Shown: piece by piece, positions 27,066-32,000 of the stretch | Layout: the number at the start of each line of letters is the position of its first letter | Position numbering within the stretch: the first letter of the stretch is position 1 | Notes under the pieces: model-generated | Database searches by the model: none | What the model saw: only the letters and a program-made list of their open reading frames with translations | Told to the model about the DNA's origin: nothing | Made by a program: the position numbers and the translations under genes | Assembly (NCBI RefSeq): GCF_000012925.1 | Contig: NC_007517.1 | Location: 960,001-992,000 of the forward strand | Reading direction: 5' to 3' | Source of the DNA: Geobacter metallireducens GS-15 | Lineage (GTDB): Bacteria; Desulfobacterota; Desulfuromonadia; Geobacterales; Geobacteraceae | Length of the DNA stretch: 32,000 bases

Positions 27066-27761
27066 ATGACGATTGCCTCGAACCTTATCCATCTCCAGGA
27101 ACGCATCGCTACGGTGGCCCGTCGGGCCGGCCGCGACCCGGAATCGGTGCGCCTCGTGGCGGTCTCCAAGACCAAGCCGGCCGAGGCGGTGGAGGATGCG
27201 GCCCGGGCGGGGCAGCGGCTCTTTGGCGAGAACTACGTGCAGGAGTTCACTGCCAAGGCCGGCGAAGTGCGGGAGCCGGTGGAATGGCATTTCATCGGTG
27301 CCCTCCAGAGCAACAAGGTGCGGCAGATTGCCGGCCTCGTGACCATGATCCACTCGGTGGACCGCCTCTCTCTGGCCCAGGAGATCGAGCGCCAGTGGGC
27401 AAAACTCGACACCACCTGTGACGTCCTCATCCAGGTGAACATCGCCGGCGAGGCGACCAAATCGGGCACCACCGCCGGGGAACTCCTGACCCTTGTCAGG
27501 GAGGTGGCGCTCCTTCCCCACCTGCGGGTGCGGGGGCTCATGACCATGCCTCCTTTCTTCGACGATCCCGAGGGGGCGCGTCCCTACTTCCGCGAATTGA
27601 AACGGCTTGCCGGCGTCGTCGCCGCCGCGGGCATCCCCGGCGTCGTCATGGATGAGCTCTCCATGGGGATGTCGGGGGATTTCGAGGCCGCCGTCGAGGA
27701 AGGGGCCACGCTGGTCCGCATCGGCACCTCCCTTTTCGGCGAGCGGGAATACCGCCGGTAA
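27066..27761 (+). CDS. yggS: YggS-family pyridoxal-phosphate homeostasis protein
   Basis: LVAVSKTKP (PLP lysine), FGENYVQE, WHFIGALQSNK, ELSMGMSGDF and GATLVRIGTSLFG. Confidence 0.92.
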   Translation: MTIASNLIHLQERIATVARRAGRDPESVRLVAVSKTKPAEAVEDAARAGQRLFGENYVQEFTAKAGEVREPVEWHFIGALQSNKVRQIAGLVTMIHSVDRLSLAQEIERQWAKLDTTCDVLIQVNIAGEATKSGTTAGELLTLVREVALLPHLRVRGLMTMPPFFDDPEGARPYFRELKRLAGVVAAAGIPGVVMDELSMGMSGDFEAAVEEGATLVRIGTSLFGEREYRR

Positions 27762-27800
27762 ACCGTCTTCCCGAAATTCTGTCTGTTGCAACAATCCTTC

Positions 27801-27816
27801 CGGCAGCTTTCTTGCT
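27801..27816 (+). promoter_or_regulatory. Candidate sigma54 (-24/-12) promoter upstream of the polysaccharide deacetylase gene
   Basis: CGGCAG-CTTTC-TTGCT has GG (27802-27803) and GC (27814-27815) separated by exactly 10 nt, about 43 nt upstream of the ATG at 27859. Confidence 0.35.
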
Positions 27817-27858
27817 GCAACCACTCTAAACCATTAACCCCGGAGGTCTCTCAGTTTC

Positions 27859-28653
27859 ATGAAAGTGCGCATCATCTTTGCCGTTCTGTTCGGCATGCTT
27901 TTCCCTGCCATCGTCTCGTCAAGCCTGCCCCCCCGTGAATTCAGCGTCCCCATTCTCCTCTATCACCGCTTCGGCCCCACGGTTGCCGACAGCATGACCA
28001 TCAAGACCTCCGTATTCGAGGAGCACCTGAAGTACCTCAGGGATAACGGCTACCGGGTGATCCCGCTGCGCCAGGTGGTGGATTTCTACCTGAAGAATGG
28101 GCCGGCGCCTCCGCCGAAATCGGTGGTCATCGTGGAGGATGACGCCCACAAGTCGGTCTACACCGACATGCTGCCGCTGGCCAAAAAGTACCACGTGCCG
28201 GTGACGGTCTTCATCTACCCGTCGGCCGTTTCCAATGCCAAATACGCCATGACCTGGGACCAGCTCCGGGAGCTGAAGAAGACGGGACTCTTCGAGTTTC
28301 AGTCCCACACCTTCTGGCATCCCAATTTCAGGAAGGATCGGAAAAAGCTGAAACCGGCGGAGTTCGACAAGCTGGTGGAGACTCAACTGCGGAAATCGCG
28401 GGGTAGGATCGAGAAGGAGCTGGGAGTGACGGTAGACATGCTCGCCTGGCCCTTCGGCATCTACGACGACGACCTGCTGCGCCGGGCTGGTGCCCTGGGG
28501 TACCGGGCCACCTTCACCGTTGACCCGCACCCTGTCACCCAGGCCGACAGCGTGATGAAGCTCCCCCGGTTTCTGGTGAGCAACGGCGACCAGGGGAAGG
28601 CCTTTGCCCAGCTTCTGGTCGGGCGTGGGGCCAAGCGAAGTGCCGCCTACTGA
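27859..28653 (+). CDS. Secreted polysaccharide deacetylase family protein
   Basis: Signal peptide MKVRIIFAVLFGMLFPAIVSS. LLYHRF, VVIVEDDAHKS, FQSHTFWH and LAWPFG are NodB/PgaB-like metal and catalytic motifs. Confidence 0.85.
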   Translation: MKVRIIFAVLFGMLFPAIVSSSLPPREFSVPILLYHRFGPTVADSMTIKTSVFEEHLKYLRDNGYRVIPLRQVVDFYLKNGPAPPPKSVVIVEDDAHKSVYTDMLPLAKKYHVPVTVFIYPSAVSNAKYAMTWDQLRELKKTGLFEFQSHTFWHPNFRKDRKKLKPAEFDKLVETQLRKSRGRIEKELGVTVDMLAWPFGIYDDDLLRRAGALGYRATFTVDPHPVTQADSVMKLPRFLVSNGDQGKAFAQLLVGRGAKRSAAY

Positions 28654-28837
28654 GCCCCCGAAGAAGCATCCTTGTCCCGACTGCCGGTGCTGCCAGTGGT
28701 GCGGGGATGACCGCTGTTCGCTCTGTCTCAGGGGGGGCAAAAAAGGGAAGAAGCTCTCCCTGGCGGAGCAGATCGAGCTTTTCGAGAAGGTGAACTCAAA
28801 AGCTTCAGCCACAGAGGGCACAGAGGACACAGAGTAA
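28604..28837 (+). CDS. Possible small Cys-rich protein (8 Cys in 20 residues); the start is uncertain
   Basis: CPDCRCCQWCGDDRCSLC is followed by a Lys-rich helix-like tail. GC3 codon bias is consistent with coding. A TTG at 28604 is preceded by GGGGAAGG, and alternative GTG starts lie at 28625 and 28640. The last 9 codons (ATEGTEDTE) and the stop lie inside the left arm of repeat copy 2. Confidence 0.35.
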   Translation: MPSFWSGVGPSEVPPTEPPKKHPCPDCRCCQWCGDDRCSLCLRGGKKGKKLSLAEQIELFEKVNSKASATEGTEDTE

Positions 28838-28952
28838 CAACCGGATTCTTGCTAACGATACCCTGATCAAATACAGGATTCATCGGCGGTGCGGATAGAC
28901 GTCCTTATTCCTTGAAGGTTCTTCTCTGTGGCCCTCTGTGTCCTCTGTGGCT
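28807..28952. repeat. Composite palindromic element, copy 2: inverted arms made of tandem 9-mers
   Basis: The left arm AGCCACAGAGGGCACAGAGGACACAGAG (28807-28834) pairs with the right arm CTCTGTGGCCCTCTGTGTCCTCTGTGGCT (28924-28952), with 2 mismatches and 1 bulge. Each arm is three CACAGAGG-type units. The core is 89 nt and lower in GC. It lies between convergent genes. Confidence 0.8.
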
Positions 28953-28960
28953 AAAAGTCG

Positions 28961-29773
28961 TTATTTTTTCCCCAACTCGGCAGAGCGGGCGGTGGCCGCG
29001 TCCACGGCCGCCATGACCGTCCCCCGGAAGGAGCCCCGTTCCAAGGCGGCTACGCCGGCGATGGTGGTGCCGCCGGGGGAGGTGACCTTTTCCTTGAGGA
29101 CTCCGGGGTGGTCGCCGGTCTCCAGAAGGAGTCTCGCGGAGCCCAGGACCGTCTGGGCCGCAAGGCGGGTTGCTACGTCGCGGGGGAGGCCGTTCTTCAC
29201 GCCGGCATCGGAGAGGGCCTCGATGAACATGAACACGTAGGCAGGCCCGCTCCCCGAGAGGCCGGTGACGGCATCCATGAGTTTCTCGTCCACGACGCAG
29301 GTGGTTCCCACCAGCTCGAAGATTCCCTGGGCGAAGAACAAATCGTCGTCGGTGGCGTTCTTCCCTCGGGAGAGGGCCGAGGCCCCCTCCAGCACCAGGG
29401 CCGGCGTGTTCGGCATGACCCGGATCACCCGGGAAGAGTCGCCGCAGACCTCCTCGATGCCGTTGATGGATATCCCCGCCATGATGGAGATGACGAGCTT
29501 CCCGGCAAAGCCTGCTGCCCCGAGGGCCGCAGCCATGCCCCGAAATACCTGGGGCTTCACGGCAACGATCAGGGCGTCGGTCATCGTGGCCACCTCGCCG
29601 TTGTCGGCACGGGCATCAATACCGTAGGTCTCCCGCAGAAATTCCCGCCGCTCGGCCATGGGCTCCGCCACCACCAGTTCCGCCGCCGTTACCCCGCCGG
29701 CCAGAAGTCCCCTGATGATCGCCTCCGCCATGTTGCCGCCGCCGATGAACCCCACTCTGCATCCCTTCAGCAT
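28961..29773 (-). CDS. proC: Pyrroline-5-carboxylate reductase
   Basis: VGFIGGGNMAEAII (Rossmann motif), VAVKPQ, RVMPNTPA, GSGPAY and SPGGTT. RBS is GAGGAGG. Confidence 0.93.
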   Translation of the reverse strand: MLKGCRVGFIGGGNMAEAIIRGLLAGGVTAAELVVAEPMAERREFLRETYGIDARADNGEVATMTDALIVAVKPQVFRGMAAALGAAGFAGKLVISIMAGISINGIEEVCGDSSRVIRVMPNTPALVLEGASALSRGKNATDDDLFFAQGIFELVGTTCVVDEKLMDAVTGLSGSGPAYVFMFIEALSDAGVKNGLPRDVATRLAAQTVLGSARLLLETGDHPGVLKEKVTSPGGTTIAGVAALERGSFRGTVMAAVDAATARSAELGKK

Positions 29774-29797
29774 CGCCGTTCCTCCTCAAAAAAAAGT

Positions 29798-31169
29798 GGC
29801 TCTTTAGCAGAATCTGTGGTGACACAGGGGTTCTGGCAAGTCGCCAAGTGTGTGATATAGCGCCACTTGCAGGCACTTGATGGTTCGGAAACCGTACGCT
29901 TTTCTGATAGTCAGTTTTGCTTTGAGGTTCAGACCCTCTACCGCGCCGCTGGAAAGTCGGCCTTTTGCCTTGAACCAGTTGAGAATCATCGGTTTGTGGT
30001 TGCGTAACATCCTGGCAACCTTCTTCATCGGTTCCAGGTCAGTTTGCATTGTCCTGATGACCCAGTCGTCGAGGAACTTGCCAGCAAAGTCAGACCGCTG
30101 GTAGTCCCAGAACTGCTGAAAGTCCTCGCGCAGCAGATATGCCTTGATTGATGAGAGGTTGAGCTTGAGCAAATCTCCCAATCGTGACGTCTGCTTCTCG
30201 GACAGATTTTCCGGCCGTTTCAGCAGCAACCAACGGCCCTTTTCCAGGACGTTCTCCTGCTTTACGGCCTTGAACTCCTTGGCTTCGGTGCGCCGAACCT
30301 CGTCAATCGCTTCGTTAAACTTCCGCATGATGTGGAAGCGGTCGAGGATGTTCACGGCATTGGGTGCCCGCTTGGCGATAACCTTGAGATACGGTGCCCA
30401 CATGTCGCTGCAGACATACTTGAGCTTGGCGCTGCGTTCTTTGCCGAATTCCCGAAAGAAGCGCAGTAGCGTTCTTATCCGACGTTGCGGACCACACCAG
30501 AGAAGACGCCTGACGCCGGCATTGAGCTGATAGACCATCGTAAGATACTGATGGCCCTTGAAGACGGCAATTTCATCAACACCGATTTCCGTAACGCCAT
30601 CAAGGTTTCTGTTTGCCAGGCCGTAATCGACAGCATACTGCACCGCCCGAAAGATGCTGTCCCAACTGGTCTTAAAGATTTCGGCAACTTCCTTCCAGGA
30701 GAGTCGCCGAGCCCACCGGGCAAGATAGACCTGGTACGAGATCGTCATTTGCTCTTTGCCATACCCCCAGGGGAGGGATTCAACCTTTACCCCATGGATT
30801 GGGCACAGAACCCGACGGGGAGCGTAGCGAAAGAAGACCTTGAACGCCCAGATCGGCACATACTCGAACAGTCGGGCCGGTTGCGTGTCGTATGTCTTGC
30901 CTCGCTTGCCACATTCCGGGCATTCGGGCTTGCTGTTGCGACGAGCCTTGATGTCAATGACTAGTGCTTCTGAGCCGCCGACTTTCGCCAGTCGGCAATC
31001 TCCGTAAATGAAGGACTTGAAACGCTCGAACTTGTTCAGTACAGTCTTGATAAGCATTGCTTCTCCCGTGTCGGACTTGATCGTTTCTCGCAAAAACAAT
31101 CTTATCCTTCACGGAGGGGCAATGCCCTTATTTTTTCAGCCAACTACCCACAGATTCTGCGGACGAGGC
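29798..31169 (-). mobile_element. Complete ISL3-family insertion sequence (1372 bp)
   Basis: The terminal inverted repeat GGCTCTTTAGCAGAATCTGTGG (29798-29819) matches the reverse complement of 31148-31169 at 18 of 22 positions. The 8-bp direct repeat AAAAAAGT flanks both ends (29790-29797 and 31170-31177). It carries a single transposase ORF. By eye its GC content is lower than the flanking sequence. Confidence 0.9.
29804..31057 (-). CDS. ISL3-family transposase
   Basis: N-terminal zinc-finger CPECG...CPIHG. A DDE region with GVDEIAVFKGHQYLT, VCSDMWAPY, ILDRFHIMRKFNEA and GAVEGLNLKAK is typical of DDE_Tnp_ISL3. The ATG at 31057 is preceded by GGGAGAAG. The stop lies inside the terminal repeat. 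Confidence 0.9.
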   Translation of the reverse strand: MLIKTVLNKFERFKSFIYGDCRLAKVGGSEALVIDIKARRNSKPECPECGKRGKTYDTQPARLFEYVPIWAFKVFFRYAPRRVLCPIHGVKVESLPWGYGKEQMTISYQVYLARWARRLSWKEVAEIFKTSWDSIFRAVQYAVDYGLANRNLDGVTEIGVDEIAVFKGHQYLTMVYQLNAGVRRLLWCGPQRRIRTLLRFFREFGKERSAKLKYVCSDMWAPYLKVIAKRAPNAVNILDRFHIMRKFNEAIDEVRRTEAKEFKAVKQENVLEKGRWLLLKRPENLSEKQTSRLGDLLKLNLSSIKAYLLREDFQQFWDYQRSDFAGKFLDDWVIRTMQTDLEPMKKVARMLRNHKPMILNWFKAKGRLSSGAVEGLNLKAKLTIRKAYGFRTIKCLQVALYHTLGDLPEPLCHHRFC

Positions 31170-31282
31170 AAAAAAGTATAGTCCCTCCTACGGCATACGC
31201 CCGGAAAAGTCAAGCCGGTGATCCTTGCGGCAGGAAGCAATGGTGCCGGTTTACACTTATTTTGTGACAGTCGAAAAAATCG

Positions 31283-31311
31283 TTGACACTCTGTTTTTGT
31301 TGTATTATATA
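31283..31311 (+). promoter_or_regulatory. Near-consensus sigma70 promoter
   Basis: TTGACA (31283-31288), a 17-nt spacer, then TATATA (31306-31311), within an AT-rich stretch about 130 nt upstream of the XRE-cupin start codon. Confidence 0.6.
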
Positions 31312-31343
31312 CCACCCCTTGTGCGCACGGGTTTAAACTAAAA

Positions 31344-31429
31344 GTTTAGAAATGCTAAACCAGCTGCTTTACAGAAAGTTTAGAAATGCTAAACAGCGCA
31401 ATTGGATAGAATGTTTAGGGTTTCTGGAC
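31344..31429 (+). promoter_or_regulatory. Three phased palindromic operator-like sites, GTTTAG-N5-CTAAAC
   Basis: Site 1 (31344-31360) and site 2 (31378-31394) are identical (GTTTAGAAATGCTAAAC) and lie within a 20-nt perfect direct repeat. Site 3 (31413-31429, GTTTAGGGTTTCTGGAC) is degenerate and abuts the RBS. Start-to-start spacing is 34 and 35 bp. Confidence 0.6.
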
Positions 31430-31443
31430 CAGGAGACTAGAAC

Positions 31444-31989
31444 GTGAAGATCGGCGAGCGGTTGAAGCGGCTCAGGATGATCAACTCCCTCACCCAGGAG
31501 GAACTGGCAAATCGGGCCGACCTGACCAAAGGGTACATCTCCCAGTTGGAGAACGACGCCACATCTCCCTCCATCGCCACCCTGAAGGATATCCTCGACG
31601 TCTTCGGCGTCAGTATGCAGGAGTTCTTCAGTGACCCCATCGGCGAGGATGTGGTCTACGGCAAGGATGCCCGGGTCCAGCCCTCGGCCGACGACGCGGC
31701 CGTCACGGTGGAGCTTCTTGTCCCCGGCGCCCAGAACCGGGAGATGGACCCGGCCCTGGTGACCCTGGCCCCGGGCGAGGAGATGGACGAGCAGAATTTC
31801 CACGAGGGGGAGGAATTCGGTTTTGTCCTCCTCGGGAAGATCCAACTCCGGTTGGATGACAAGATCTACACGGTGAAGAAGGACGAGTGCTTCTACTTCA
31901 CCTCGGACAAGCGGCACACGGTGAAGAATATCGGCAAGGGGTCGGCCCGAATACTATGGGTCGTAACCCCGCCTACCTTTGATTATTAA
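31444..31989 (+). CDS. XRE-family HTH transcriptional regulator with a C-terminal cupin domain
   Basis: IGERLKRLRMINSLTQEELANRADLTKGYISQLEN is an HTH_3 domain. The C-terminal HEGEEFGFVLLGKIQLRLDDKIYTVKKDECFYF is a cupin_2-like beta barrel. The GTG start is preceded by AGGAGA. Confidence 0.88.
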   Translation: MKIGERLKRLRMINSLTQEELANRADLTKGYISQLENDATSPSIATLKDILDVFGVSMQEFFSDPIGEDVVYGKDARVQPSADDAAVTVELLVPGAQNREMDPALVTLAPGEEMDEQNFHEGEEFGFVLLGKIQLRLDDKIYTVKKDECFYFTSDKRHTVKNIGKGSARILWVVTPPTFDY

Positions 31990-32000
31990 CGAAAATATCG

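Noticed and set aside
29798-31169. Passenger or accessory genes, or a non-coding guide-type RNA, inside the IS.
   Set aside because: The transposase ORF fills the element from 6 nt inside one end to about 110 nt from the other. ISL3-family elements are not known to need such RNAs, and no extra structure stood out.
31178-31283. A remnant native proC promoter on the minus strand beyond the IS.
   Set aside because: A TTGACT hexamer exists, but no acceptable -10 element lies at 16-19 nt, either in the present sequence or in the reconstructed pre-insertion sequence.
31240-31341. A 33-codon ORF (MVPVYTYFVTVEKIVDTLFLLYYIPPLVRTGLN) between the IS and the XRE-cupin gene.
   Set aside because: It spans the AT-rich -35/-10 promoter hexamers, its codon usage is unlike the rest of the window, and nothing suggests conservation. 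It is most likely a chance ORF in regulatory DNA.

Overview
This is a high-GC chromosomal window. Its gene content resembles the core genome of a Geobacter/Desulfuromonadales-type bacterium, but the taxon is inference only. I call 32 protein-coding genes. I also call one complete ISL3-family insertion sequence at 29798-31169, with 22-bp imperfect terminal inverted repeats and an 8-bp target duplication (AAAAAAGT). I found no rRNA, tRNA or CRISPR array. Gene blocks, left to right: (1) Rrf2 regulator, NifS, MnmA and MtaB, a sulfur/tRNA-modification block on the + strand. (2) A Cys-cluster protein, a 400-aa unknown and a REC-histidine kinase on the - strand. (3) SixA, CHAD and Ppx, a polyphosphate block, followed by a 58-aa zinc-ribbon ORF. 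(4) A DUF155/RMD1-like gene. (5) A full L-Ara4N lipid A modification cluster on the - strand: U32 peptidase, arnT, arnB, arnC, a split arnA and arnD. (6) LysM protein, dprA and topA. (7) A zinc-ribbon unknown coupled to trmFO. (8) A small membrane protein, maf, yggS, a secreted polysaccharide deacetylase and a Cys-rich small ORF. (9) proC, with the IS inserted 24 nt upstream of it. (10) An XRE-cupin regulator. Most of this is ordinary housekeeping, and I see no defense island or obvious novel multi-gene system. The signals that gene calls do not explain are non-coding. First, an interrupted ~31-bp long-range helix encloses 84 nt at 20-172, upstream of the Rrf2 operon. Second, two composite palindromes at 24280-24398 and 28807-28952 have arms built from tandem 8-9-mers that share CACAGAG. 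Third, a perfect 21-bp hairpin starts in the trmFO stop codon. Fourth, a near-consensus sigma70 promoter is followed by three phased GTTTAG-N5-CTAAAC sites ahead of the XRE-cupin gene. All functional statements rest on reading the translations and on motif recognition. No database search was run.
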